Assembly (NCBI GenBank): GCA_963682135.1
Contig: OY821645.1
Coordinates: forward strand, 2,240,001 to 2,304,000
Origin: Methanothrix sp.
Lineage (GTDB): Archaea > Halobacteriota > Methanosarcinia > Methanotrichales > Methanotrichaceae
DNA length: 64,000 nucleotides
Reading direction: 5' to 3'
Numbering within the stretch: the stretch's first letter is position 1; each line of letters opens with the position of its first letter. The notes under the pieces are model-generated. The model had not been told where the DNA came from, searched no databases, and worked only from the letters and a program-made list of their open reading frames with translations. A program made the position numbers and the translations under genes. Positions 49,241 through 59,121 of the stretch are shown here, in pieces.

Positions 49241-49486
49241 CTAAACTTCGGCATTTGTTTCAATGGCAATCGTACGTGCCACTGAACCACAACTTTCAAC
49301 AGGCACTTCTTCGCCGCGGGCAATCATGCAAGCTACGAAGCCTTCAATGGCCTCCCTTGCCATCACCAGCGCCTCTTCAATCGTTCGCCCGAATGTCAGA
49401 CAACCTGGGAGAGATGGTACAATCACCGTGTAAGTTCCATCTTCCTCTTTTCGGAGCAGAACTTCGTAACGCAATGTCTCCATCAT
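49241..49486 (-). CDS. hicB: HicB-family antitoxin-like protein (no adjacent hicA)
   Basis: EEDGTYTVIVPSLPGCLTFGRTIEEALVMAREAIE. Confidence 0.88.
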   Translation of the reverse strand: MMETLRYEVLLRKEEDGTYTVIVPSLPGCLTFGRTIEEALVMAREAIEGFVACMIARGEEVPVESCGSVARTIAIETNAEV

Positions 49487-49598
49487 AGTAGTCTCCTATT
49501 TTATGTTGATGTTGCGGCTTTGCGGTCCTCCCGCGCATGAGCGCGTGCGAGGGCGGGAACGGGGGGGAGGATTTTTAGGAACCTGAGAATCTCCCGGT

Positions 49599-52094
49599 TT
49601 AGATAATCATGGAGCCCCCTCCGGCTCCGTCACGCATGAATCCAGTCTCCTTATCATAATAGTTGGGCAGCTCATCTCTTGAAATGTAGCCCATCTCAGA
49701 TTCATCCGCGACCAGGTTATGAGCGTATTTCTCTGGTGCGGAGATCACGTACTCGCTGAAATCTTTCCTTATAGCCAGTTTCTTTCTCATTTGTTCTTTT
49801 ATGTCCTTCTCCATTTTCAAATCTTGATATTTCTTCCAGATTTCTGCAGCGGTTATATCAATCTCCACAAATACATTTACCTTGGGATAGTCGTCTTCAA
49901 TGAGCTTGAACTTCTTGCTAAGATCTTGGAAAGACAACTGCGCCAGACAGGCCAGGTTTTCTTTTGACTTCTCGTCACCCATGCCACTCTTGACCGACTT
50001 GAAGTACTTGTTATTCAACTCCAAAATAGCTGATTCTCGAATTGAATCATTAATCGGTTTTAGGATGTCCAGGGTTTTGCTCATCAAGAACGGATCGTAG
50101 ATATATCTATAAAATTCTTTTCGATCATCTCTTAAAATAAAAATTGATACCGTGCCCTTTTCTGATTTAGCTGAGTTCCTGTTGCACCTGCCTGCCACCT
50201 GGTTTATGGAGTCCATTGGAGCGAAGTCTCGGTAGACTGTGTGCGCATCGATGTCTACGCCAGCCTCGATCAATTGAGTGCTCACAATGACCTTTCTTTT
50301 TCGTGAAGATTCATCGGCTTTTTTTCCCAAAGACCCCTTGATACTTCGTATCCGCTCCAGCCTCTCTTTTGGAATCACATTTGTAGATAGGTAAAAATTC
50401 TCCGTGTTCTCCAACTCCAGGCTCTTGATAAAATGGTAAACATTGTTGGCCGAGTTAATGGTGTTGAGAACAATCAAGAAATCTTTTTCGGGATTGTTGG
50501 TTAGATCTTCTTGTATGATAGAATTGAATTCCTCCAGGGTCAAAGCCGTCTCAATTCTGGGAATTAGTCTAATCCTATCCAGGTCCCTGAAATACTCTTC
50601 TTTATTCTGAGTTATCTCTTTTATCTCTCCCAATGCCTCATCAAAGATAAGCGGCTGCGTTGCCGTAACGAAGATGACATAGCTATTGAACTTCTCGCAA
50701 AGCATTTTCGTTGCGTCGTGAATCAATTGCCAGTACTGGTGAGGAACTGCCTGTACTTCGTCCAGAATAATTATGGCGTTTGCTAGCTTATTGAATTTGC
50801 GCAGTAACTTATTTCGGTTAGAAAAAAGGGTATAGAAGAACTGCCAGAATGTTGTTACTATTATCTCTGCGTTCCAGCCCTCCAGGAGCAGCAAGCTTTC
50901 GTCTGCCTTATAAAATTCTTCGTCCTTATCCTCAATTTTGTAGTTTACATCTGCCAGATGATGGTGCTTGAGAAGAAGCCTGGAATCCTTAAGTTTTCCC
51001 CCCTGGCTGACTACATCTTCAAAGACATCGTAATTTTGATCTATTATGCTCAGAAAGGGCAGAGCGTAGATTATCCTTGGCGTGAAATCTTTCTTATTCT
51101 TCAATCGGTCTCTCAGCTTTAGGGCAAAAGAAAGAGAAGTCAAAGTCTTGCCGGTGCCGGTTGGGACATTCAACGAGAGAATTCTGTTGTCCAGGTTCCA
51201 ATCCCTAACTCCTATCATTGTATCTTCGTAGATCTGATTCCTGAGATTATTAATATTATTTCTGTCCGAAGTGAACCCTTTCCGTTCTCTATACAGATCT
51301 ACCAGGTCTGCTGGAAGGTCTAAACGATCTGTATCTAGATCTTTGTCTCCTAGCCCCGCGTCGGTCTTGTCTGCATCCAAGAGGGCGGAGTAGAGAAACT
51401 GAGTTATGAAATATGGGTAAAGATCGGTCTTTTCACGAAGATACCTTATCATTCGCTCATCTTTTCTACTGATTTCCTTGCACGCATTTTGCAAAATATA
51501 GTTAGAAATATCATTAATATCGATTTTTAAATTTATCGTTCCTTCTCGAAAAAGCAATGCAAGAATTTGGTTTATCTCGCCTTTATCCATAGACTCAATT
51601 TGCTCTTTCGCTACTTGCAGAATTTTCTCCCTCTCCACATCCACTTCACTTATCTCGCCCATGGCGTTCATGAGGTTTCCGTGATGCTTCTTCACGGCCA
51701 GGAAAGATAATATTGGCAGAAAATTCGCTAATTCACCATTTCTTCCCGATTGGCTAAGGTATTCTTTGATTACCGCGTAAGTAAAGAAAGCAGAGAGCCG
51801 GCCATGATGGGTGCTTTCCTTGGCTTTGAGGGACTTCTTTTTTCGCTCATCTTTCTCAATAATGTATTCCTGGAAAAATCTCGTAGCTTTTCCCAGGTCG
51901 TGCGTTACACCTATGAGATAAGCAGCGTCTGCCAGGAGATCCTTATCATCTATGTTTAGAGATTTGTCTGTTACTGTTTTTCTGCTCAATTGCCCCACTT
52001 TTCTCAAGTGATCCACCAAAAGCCTGATTCGACCATCCTGCGAATCCGGGCGAGACTTGAGCTTAAAGGAATACGATTCGCTCTCGCTTTTCAT
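49599..52094 (-). CDS. cas3: CRISPR helicase/nuclease Cas3
   Basis: HDLGKA, KHHG, DADK, PTGTGKT, LDEVQ, TAT, STQLIEAGVD, QVAGRCNR. Confidence 0.96.
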   Translation of the reverse strand: MKSESESYSFKLKSRPDSQDGRIRLLVDHLRKVGQLSRKTVTDKSLNIDDKDLLADAAYLIGVTHDLGKATRFFQEYIIEKDERKKKSLKAKESTHHGRLSAFFTYAVIKEYLSQSGRNGELANFLPILSFLAVKKHHGNLMNAMGEISEVDVEREKILQVAKEQIESMDKGEINQILALLFREGTINLKIDINDISNYILQNACKEISRKDERMIRYLREKTDLYPYFITQFLYSALLDADKTDAGLGDKDLDTDRLDLPADLVDLYRERKGFTSDRNNINNLRNQIYEDTMIGVRDWNLDNRILSLNVPTGTGKTLTSLSFALKLRDRLKNKKDFTPRIIYALPFLSIIDQNYDVFEDVVSQGGKLKDSRLLLKHHHLADVNYKIEDKDEEFYKADESLLLLEGWNAEIIVTTFWQFFYTLFSNRNKLLRKFNKLANAIIILDEVQAVPHQYWQLIHDATKMLCEKFNSYVIFVTATQPLIFDEALGEIKEITQNKEEYFRDLDRIRLIPRIETALTLEEFNSIIQEDLTNNPEKDFLIVLNTINSANNVYHFIKSLELENTENFYLSTNVIPKERLERIRSIKGSLGKKADESSRKRKVIVSTQLIEAGVDIDAHTVYRDFAPMDSINQVAGRCNRNSAKSEKGTVSIFILRDDRKEFYRYIYDPFLMSKTLDILKPINDSIRESAILELNNKYFKSVKSGMGDEKSKENLACLAQLSFQDLSKKFKLIEDDYPKVNVFVEIDITAAEIWKKYQDLKMEKDIKEQMRKKLAIRKDFSEYVISAPEKYAHNLVADESEMGYISRDELPNYYDKETGFMRDGAGGGSMII

Positions 52095-52773
52095 TCTCTA
52101 CCTCCCAAAGTTCCTTTGCCTTGGCTTTGATGCACTCTCCGTTCCTTTCAAACAGAATCTCGCTGTAGTCAGTTACTTCTCTTGCTTCTCCCATCTCGCC
52201 TGGCATCACTTCTGAGAAGTATTCCTTTCCTTCCTCGAAATCCGGCTCAAGAAGGCATTTACCAGGCACCACGCTATCGATATCCTGGACATCTTCGCCT
52301 GAATTATGTAGCCCAAACTCACCAATGAATTTAAAGTTGCAGATGAGCTCGCTTAGTCCAAGACACGGAGTATACACCGACTGGTGACTGATGAGCAAGT
52401 CTTTAAGCTTTTTATACAATTGCTCATCGGAGTGAGAGAAATAAATTCTATAATTCGGATCTTTGACGAACTCGAATCTGATCTGGGTTCTGTTTTTGAT
52501 CAGATGCATCTTAAATGCGCTCTTGGTATCAATCAGGTTCTCTCCAATCCTCACTTTTTTCACGGGCGCCATAATTTTGCAGCCTATTTGTGCATCAACC
52601 TTAAAGAAGTGCCTGAAATACTCCGCTTTATCCAGACCGACAATGGCCCCGATCAGCCCAGAGAGAGCCGTTCGGGGTGGGAAAGAATAGGTGAGTGGAG
52701 AGCTGGTAGAGTAATTCTTCCTAAAATGGGCGTAGTCCCCCCACACATCGAATACTATTACTCTCTCCGGCAT
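52063..52773 (-). CDS. cas5: Cas5, type I-B (Cas5h)
   Basis: FDVWGDYAHFRK..STSSPLTY.FPPRTAL.GLIGAI.G; YTPCLG. Confidence 0.93.
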   Translation of the reverse strand: MPERVIVFDVWGDYAHFRKNYSTSSPLTYSFPPRTALSGLIGAIVGLDKAEYFRHFFKVDAQIGCKIMAPVKKVRIGENLIDTKSAFKMHLIKNRTQIRFEFVKDPNYRIYFSHSDEQLYKKLKDLLISHQSVYTPCLGLSELICNFKFIGEFGLHNSGEDVQDIDSVVPGKCLLEPDFEEGKEYFSEVMPGEMGEAREVTDYSEILFERNGECIKAKAKELWEVENEKRERIVFL

Positions 52774-52780
52774 CTGGACC

Positions 52781-53809
52781 TCAAAACGCTATTGGCTTTA
52801 TGGCTATGCCGGTAGCTGCTGCCAATCCTTCAATTGGGAAACCGGCCCCTTCTTTGCAGAACTTAATTCTGTCGTCCACGCAAATCTCAATATCCTTGAT
52901 TGAGCCCTTCTCAGCAGCAAGTTTATTGACCAGCTCCGATATCTCCAGCTGGTAATCTATGGTGTCACGAATATTCTCATGAGGCATCTCGGTTACCAGT
53001 TTCAGCATCTTATCCAGATCCCCGATGTGATAACTCTCTTTGCTGTAATTCACCTTAAGGAGCAACCTGGGAACCTGTCCTGCTTTAGATCTGGAAATCA
53101 GGCTCTTGGTTCCATTCCAGATGCCATCCAGCAAAAGTTTTACATCATCTTCTGAGAGACCGGTGTGCTTAGCAGCGTTCTCATTTATTATACCATAGAA
53201 TGATATTAGTGAATATGGCAGAAAATCTTCTTCTCTGAACGTTGCTCTTGTAGATTTATCATCAGATGCAAAAGCTCCTTTACCCCTAAAATGCTTCATC
53301 GAGACACGATGAAGAGATCGACCGATCTTGAACTGTACTGGTCCCGTAAAGGTCAAAGATCCTTTTTCATCTTTTTCTTTATTGGTATCTTTATCGTTTT
53401 CAGTTTTTTTTCCGGGCTTTACTTTAATCTCCAAAGGTATTGTAGCACCAAATAATCTAACATCCAAGCAATTAGCTAAAATTCTATCAGATATAATTTT
53501 TCTTTGTTGTTCAAATGATAATTCTTTGATATCTACAGTTTCATCTTTTAAGAAGTCCATTGCTCTTTTCTTTGCTGTTTGCATATTGCCGCTATCATCC
53601 TTTATTTCTCGAATAAAGATCTCTTTGCCCTTAAAGTCATACAGAAAATCTCGAATAGTTCTCTTTAATCGGACATCTGTTACAATATTTACACCAGTTT
53701 CCTCGTCCATCCTAGGCTTGTTTTCATCCAGAGGATCCCCATTTGGATTTCCATCTCTTATGTCGTAGATGAAAATAATCTCTGACCTGTTCTTTATAGT
53801 TTCGCTCAT
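52781..53809 (-). CDS. cas7: Cas7, type I-B (Csh2)
   Basis: NPNGDP, VTDVRLKRTIRD, DVRLFGA, TGPVQF, SRSKAGQ.PRLL. Confidence 0.95.
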   Translation of the reverse strand: MSETIKNRSEIIFIYDIRDGNPNGDPLDENKPRMDEETGVNIVTDVRLKRTIRDFLYDFKGKEIFIREIKDDSGNMQTAKKRAMDFLKDETVDIKELSFEQQRKIISDRILANCLDVRLFGATIPLEIKVKPGKKTENDKDTNKEKDEKGSLTFTGPVQFKIGRSLHRVSMKHFRGKGAFASDDKSTRATFREEDFLPYSLISFYGIINENAAKHTGLSEDDVKLLLDGIWNGTKSLISRSKAGQVPRLLLKVNYSKESYHIGDLDKMLKLVTEMPHENIRDTIDYQLEISELVNKLAAEKGSIKDIEICVDDRIKFCKEGAGFPIEGLAAATGIAIKPIAF

Positions 53810-55706
53810 TCTTGTGTCTCCCCTTCAATCTCTGGCTCATCTTCTGTTGAATTCTTGAACAACTTATGCAAATCCATTCCCAAAACAAAATAGAAGCTTA
53901 GCTCGTCATCTCCTTCTTTCCAATTTATTCCAGACGAGACAAAGTGATTTGCAATGATCTCTTCCAGTTGCCGATAATAATTCTTGTCGTACTCTTCCAG
54001 CTTAATTTGAATTTTTGGAAGGAGTCTCTTGATCAGTGCTTCATTCATCTTCAAGCCATGTAATTTATTGCGAAATGGAGTTGCATTTTTGTCCCTCCAC
54101 TGTATGTTAAGGAGCTTCTGAGTCAATACCCCTTCCAAAAAGGTCGCCTTCTTAGAATCGCTATTGAAGAACGCCTTATTTGCTTCGAAGAACCTCTCAA
54201 TACGTAGCTCTAATGGGAGGCTTTCCAGCTCTTCGATGCGAAGAACCTCACGTTCCTGTTCATTCATGTCTTTCATCTCCGCGTTCTTTGCTTTGAAAAG
54301 AATTAGCTTCTCTATGTAGTGCAAGAGCAAGAAGCCATTCAATGAAGTTATCTTAGTAGAATAACCCTTTATGAACGCCTCTCTTACCTTACTCATTATA
54401 AAATCTATCAACAAATAATAGCTGATTTGATCTCCAACAAATATCTTGTCAACCATTTCCAAGAATATTTTATCGAAAGTTCTATTTTTAGATTCGGATG
54501 GGAAGAATCGTCTCAAAACTCCAAAATTAAAAACTAATTGGTGGTTTTCCCTCTGACCTTCGCCTAATATTAAATCATTATAAATTTTGAATATCTCATC
54601 CACTTTTTCTTTGGCTTTGAAAAGTGCTCTTAGTCTTGATGGAAAAATTCCCTCAATTAAAAGGAGGATTCTATATGATGATTGCTCCTTCTTATAAAAT
54701 ATCAAGCTGTTGCTAAAGAAATCTTTTTCATCTTTGACAGCATCACAGCATCAATGATCTTATACTCGTCAGAAGTTATCATGTTCTTATCATCACGATT
54801 TAGTTTTAGCTCCCGTTTTTGTTCCTTCTTACCCAGGATGCTCAATACCTCTTTAAGGAGCTTTTTATCATCTCCTTTAAACGTTATTTTTGGCACGAGG
54901 AGATATCTGAAGCCGTAGAAGCTAAAGTCAAGGTTTTCTTCGATGTACTTCTTTCCAACTTCCAGACGCGTGGCACAATCGAAACATACTGGTGTATTCT
55001 TCCAGGATTCATTGACATCAAATCCACCTGCAATAAATCCAGGCTTATCAAAGGTGTGGAAAGTCCAGGGAATAGCGAAGCCATATACTTCATCTTTGAC
55101 CCCTTTGCAGACTGAGCAGGCAGCATTTTTTCCCCGCGATTCTCCATGAGTCTTCTTAAGAAAATACTTGTCCTTACCCATTCGAAGCAAGATCTTTTCA
55201 AAAATCGGACATTTGCTAAGATAAGAATAGTCTTCGCCATTTTCAAAACCCAGAGTGATAATGGCGTTATCTTTCGAGTCTTTTTCGGAGTATTCCTCTT
55301 GTAGTCCTGCCAAAATTTTATCTCTCTGATCATTGATTGCGATTTTCATCTTTTTGAGGATCTCCTTTTCTTCCTCAGAAATATCATAGCTATCATAATT
55401 CTCGAACCATTTTAGGAATCTATTCTGGAAGGTCTTTTCTAAATTGCCCGCCAATTTGCTCGTGGGTGTCGCGTCAGTGCCATTTGGAGCACCTTTTTTA
55501 TATAAATATAAATTAAAATCTGTCTTAAACTCGTCTCGTATAACACGGCTAAAAGAATACTCCCCGTCCTTTTCGCATAATAATACTAATAATACCCATT
55601 TATATTTTCCATTGCTATTGGGATTCTCGATATATGTGGAAAGCGAATCTACTCCCACACTATTCTTTTGGATGTAGTCCCCGATTTTGCTTACCGCTTC
55701 AATCAC
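53806..55706 (-). pseudogene. cas8b: Cas8b (Csh1) split by a frameshift into 54702-55706 and 53806-54705
   Basis: CSVC, FHTFDKPGF, PVCFDC, FPSR, FLEGVL...LL.IQ, FYFVLG; the 8-bp tandem duplication at 54738-54753 breaks the frame. Confidence 0.9.
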
Positions 55707-55722
55707 CCGAAATCACCATCAA

Positions 55723-56388
55723 TCAAACGCAAATATTCCTGTACGTGCAGTCCACGCACCTGGCCTTCTGCTTTGTCCCATCGGGAAAGTATCCCTTCTG
55801 AATTATCATTAGTATCTCGCGCACAATCTCCTTTGCTTTCTCATAATCTTTTTTCTTGAAGTCTATCTCGGCGACATAATTATTGCTTCTTGTGTAGCAC
55901 ACAAAGCCCCTCTTCACTTCAACCCCGAAGTGTTCCATGATGAGCAGCCCGTAAAGAGCCGCCTGAAATTTGTGCGTCCTGTAAATTGTATTTTTAAACA
56001 TGGCATACTTGTAATCCAAAGGCGCAGCGGTCCCATCATCCAGAAAGAGAACTTCGTCTACCTCTCCCTTGAAGTGATGCTTGTGAGAAGTCAGGTAAAC
56101 CGAAATCTCCTTTCCCGTGCAATTCAACTTCTTTCGGACATAATCCCGGTTTACCTTCTCTCGGATCTCGTGAAGCTCCCTGCCCTTCAAGACCTTGTAG
56201 CGGCGCTCCTCTCTCTGAGCGATGCCCAGGCAGTGCATGAAAAATATGAACCTCGGGCAGAACAGCCACTCCAGCGCATCAGATACCGTGACGAAAATCT
56301 CCTGCGCGGGTGCGCTCCCACTCGCGCCCTCCTGCACCCGCCCGCGCGTGGCCGCGGTCGTGGTCTCTTCCTCTGCCCCCGTCTTCAT
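55723..56388 (-). CDS. cas4: Cas4
   Basis: FCPR, G.VDE, PLDYKY, Q...Y, C..C.Y...C four-cysteine pattern. Confidence 0.93.
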   Translation of the reverse strand: MKTGAEEETTTAATRGRVQEGASGSAPAQEIFVTVSDALEWLFCPRFIFFMHCLGIAQREERRYKVLKGRELHEIREKVNRDYVRKKLNCTGKEISVYLTSHKHHFKGEVDEVLFLDDGTAAPLDYKYAMFKNTIYRTHKFQAALYGLLIMEHFGVEVKRGFVCYTRSNNYVAEIDFKKKDYEKAKEIVREILMIIQKGYFPDGTKQKARCVDCTYRNICV

Positions 56389-56395
56389 TTCGCCC

Positions 56396-56621
56396 TCAGA
56401 ACACCTTGGTAATCGTCATTCCCGCCACCAGCTCCCGGTCAAATCCTGCCCCGATTAGCTTGATCTTTTCAAAGCAGTCCTCGCACATGGGAAAGACGTA
56501 GACGGAATCCGATTCATCGATGACCGCCTCGCACTCCAGGGCCAGAGAGTCGGACTGATTACGGTTCAAATCGCCCAGAAAGGCGCTCTTCTGCCGCCCG
56601 GAACAGGCCGTAGTTTTTGCA
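56396..56621 (-). pseudogene. cas2: 5'-truncated, frameshifted second copy of cas2
   Basis: QKSAFLGDLNRNQSDSLALECEAVI...ITKVF; lacks the YDI N-terminus. Confidence 0.88.
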
Positions 56622-56669
56622 TAAGCAAAATTATGCGGCGAGATGATACGGGTTTTCAACCGATAGCAT

Positions 56670-56828
56670 CTAAATAAGCGGCTTAAAAGGGACAGACTTG
56701 TTCTCTTCGTCCGGGCAATCTTCATTTAGCCACTCTAAGTCGCCATCGCTCAATTGGTCTATGACGGCATCTAGGTAAGCCCCTTTATCCGTGACGACAT
56801 GCCTTTCCTGCATAATTTCAACTGCCAT
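56670..56828 (-). CDS. 52-aa acidic protein, candidate antitoxin (not in the ORF track)
   Basis: MAVEIMQERHVVTDKGAYLDAVIDQLSDGDLEWLNEDCPDEENKSVPFKPLI; preceded by AGGGGT; lies directly downstream of relE. Confidence 0.55.
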   Translation of the reverse strand: MAVEIMQERHVVTDKGAYLDAVIDQLSDGDLEWLNEDCPDEENKSVPFKPLI

Positions 56829-56900
56829 TTAAACCCCTGGTCATGCATCTGCTTTCGATCTATATAATTCTTTAGACAAATGGATTTTTGTAGAATATAA

Positions 56901-57197
56901 TCAAATTCTATAGTCTGTATTTCTCCTCTTAGTTATTATTATATCTACCACATCAACAATGTGCGCGAGGTCATCTACCGTATACTCTATTCTTGTTTGT
57001 GCTCCTATTCGGATGCGATATTTGCGCGGATTAGATCCCGCTATCGGTGAGATATCCATCATTGGGCGAGGTGTATATGGGTCTATGCTTAATTCATTTA
57101 TGCGATCCGATATAATAACTGCCGCCTCATGGTTCAGTCGATTGAATTTATTCAAAACCTTATTCGCTCTCGTTTTTATTGTAATCTCATATGGCAA
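56901..57197 (-). CDS. RelE/ParE-family toxin
   Basis: YEI.I...A.K.L......I...I.EL..DPY.....YRIRIG..RI.Y.VDD....V.V......R...Y. Confidence 0.82.
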   Translation of the reverse strand: MPYEITIKTRANKVLNKFNRLNHEAAVIISDRINELSIDPYTPRPMMDISPIAGSNPRKYRIRIGAQTRIEYTVDDLAHIVDVVDIIITKRRNTDYRI

Positions 57198-57382
57198 CCT
57201 TTCTTCTCCTTAAATTTCTACGGTTAGATGCGAGATCAGACGACCACAGCAAACCATACAGCTTGTTGATAGATCCCCGGCGACATATAGTTATGCCGTA
57301 GAACGAAAGTAATCTGGGAGGGGCACGATTCATCCCGCCTTTGAAATGGCAGGAATTCTCTGTCCCCGTCTTCATTTCGCCC

Positions 57383-57670
57383 TCAGAACACCTTGGTAAT
57401 CGTCATTCCCGCCACCAGCTCCCGGTCAAAGCCCGCCCCGATTAGCTTGATCTTTTCATTGCAGTCCTCGCACATCGGAAAGACGTAGACGGAATCCGAC
57501 TCCTCAATGACCGCCTCGCACTCCAGGGCCAGAGAGTCGGACTGATTACGGTTCAAATCCCCCAGGAAGGCGCTCTTCTGCACCCGGAACAGGCCGTAGT
57601 TCTTGCACAGCTTCGCCACCCGGCTTCTGATTCTGTTCTCGGATATGTCGTAAATGACCCAGACCAGCAT
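57383..57670 (-). CDS. cas2: Cas2
   Basis: MLVWVIYDIS...R..VAKLCK.YGL.RVQKSAFLG. Confidence 0.95.
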   Translation of the reverse strand: MLVWVIYDISENRIRSRVAKLCKNYGLFRVQKSAFLGDLNRNQSDSLALECEAVIEESDSVYVFPMCEDCNEKIKLIGAGFDRELVAGMTITKVF

Positions 57671-57672
57671 TA

Positions 57673-58782
57673 TCAACCTCGATTACTATCATTCTGATCC
57701 GCATTGGGCTCTCTTGCCGGTGTTTCGCATGATGTGCTTTCTCGTTCTCCTCCGCCATCTTCCCCATCCAGCTCCAGGATATTTTGATCATAATCCTCCG
57801 CCAGCTCCTGGCCTGGTCGGATGAGCGAATTGGCAATCCTGTGGCACTCCATCTGAATGGTGTTACGGGTCTTGATATTGCGGCCCCGGTAGAGAATCGT
57901 CTCCTCGAAATTCTTGTTGAGAGCCTCGATGAGGGCAGCTTTGCCGTCCTTGGAGAGGCCCATGCCCTGCTCCAGCGGCTCGAAGAACTCGTCTTTGATC
58001 ATGCGCCTGCTGAAGAGATAGACCACAGTCTCATCCACGTAAATGCGAAACATCTCAATGATATCAAAGACCAGTGACATCTTGTTGTAAGAGTCGGTGT
58101 GCAAAAAACCCACGTAGGGATCCAAGCCGGCGATGATGCAGCCCTTTTCCACCATCGAATAGAGAACGCCATATCCGTAGTTGAGCAGAGCATTGAACTC
58201 GTCTTTAGCCGGATTTCTGCTCCTTCCGGCAAAGCGATACTTCTCGGGCATGATGGCGGAGATGGCATTGAAGTAGGCCCGCGCCGCTTTGCCCTCCAAT
58301 CCGAGCATATCCTGCCGCCGGGCGTCGATGCTGCCCCGCAGCCTCTTCATCTGCTCTTTGGACTGCTCAATCTCCTCGATGAACCCATCCAGCTCCACTC
58401 TCTTCTCCTCTCTGGTCTTCCTCAATTTGACCAGAAGCAGAGTCTGGTTGTCCAATTTCTTCAGGCCCCACTCTTTAGCCAAATTCAGGCCGTCCGTTGT
58501 GTCGTAAATCTCCAGTTGCCTTCTGCGAATCAATGTGGTGCTGCCCAGCTTGGGATGCCATACCCTGCCGTAGGGGTCCCCGTGGGAATCAAGAAAAACG
58601 ATATCAATGTTGTTGTCCACAGCCAGCTTGATGGCATCGGTAGTGATATATGCAGACGTTGTAATTAAAATGCTACTGACTTTGCCCACCGCTACTTCAA
58701 AACTCCTATCCTCTCTCTTTACTAGAAAACAGTTCCCGCTCTTGCGAAGATATGCACCATAGCTGTTGATTACAAGCTGCAC
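57673..58782 (-). CDS. cas1: Cas1
   Basis: GLEG..AR.YF, F.GR...PA.D..NALLNYGYG.LY, GLDPY.GFLH, SLVFDIIE.FR. Confidence 0.97.
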   Translation of the reverse strand: MQLVINSYGAYLRKSGNCFLVKREDRSFEVAVGKVSSILITTSAYITTDAIKLAVDNNIDIVFLDSHGDPYGRVWHPKLGSTTLIRRRQLEIYDTTDGLNLAKEWGLKKLDNQTLLLVKLRKTREEKRVELDGFIEEIEQSKEQMKRLRGSIDARRQDMLGLEGKAARAYFNAISAIMPEKYRFAGRSRNPAKDEFNALLNYGYGVLYSMVEKGCIIAGLDPYVGFLHTDSYNKMSLVFDIIEMFRIYVDETVVYLFSRRMIKDEFFEPLEQGMGLSKDGKAALIEALNKNFEETILYRGRNIKTRNTIQMECHRIANSLIRPGQELAEDYDQNILELDGEDGGGERESTSCETPAREPNADQNDSNRG

Positions 58783-58862
58783 GCCGTTACCCCTGGCCTT
58801 CTTACCTTCAGCAATCCATTGGCCAGTAGGCTCTGCAACTCTTCAGGTTTAATATCTTTGTA

Positions 58863-59057
58863 TCAGCGCCGCAACCGCCCCTCCAGCGGCCCCAGGGAGA
58901 TGGAGCTGATGGGCGAGTCGTGCGTGTGTTTGGCCATGGCAGAGTCTTCCTCCCCCATGATGTGAAGCAGCGCCGAGTAGAGCTGGTAGCCCTCACTGTA
59001 AGGCATCTCAAAGGCGGCCTCGGGCCGAAGGGCCAGTGTGATCTTTTGCGGCATCAC
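58863..59057 (-). pseudogene. cas6: N-terminal fragment of a second, different Cas6
   Basis: ITLALRP...F.MPYSEGYQLYSALL......HDS.......GPL.G resembles archaeal Cas6 N-termini; stops after 64 aa. Confidence 0.6.
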
Positions 59058-59096
59058 TTCGGCATTACATTCCCTTCCATTTAAACCTGTCGATTA

Positions 59097-59121
59097 TTGC
59101 AATAGTTTCATAATATTGCAA
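59097..59121. promoter_or_regulatory. Palindromic operator upstream of the cas operon
   Basis: TTGCAATA-N9-TATTGCAA, about 40 bp upstream of the first cas reading frame. Confidence 0.55.

Larger units (their letters stand above)
56371..57607. repeat. Pair of about 250-bp direct repeats (56371-56621 and 57358-57607) covering the cas2 3' part and the cas4 start
   Basis: Alignable by eye, roughly 95% identical with one indel. Confidence 0.9.

Noticed and set aside
56622-56725. N-terminal part of the 109-aa ORF 56396-56725 as a novel Cas2 fusion
   Set aside because: Chance read-through into the frameshifted cas2 remnant; it overlaps the better-supported 52-aa ORF
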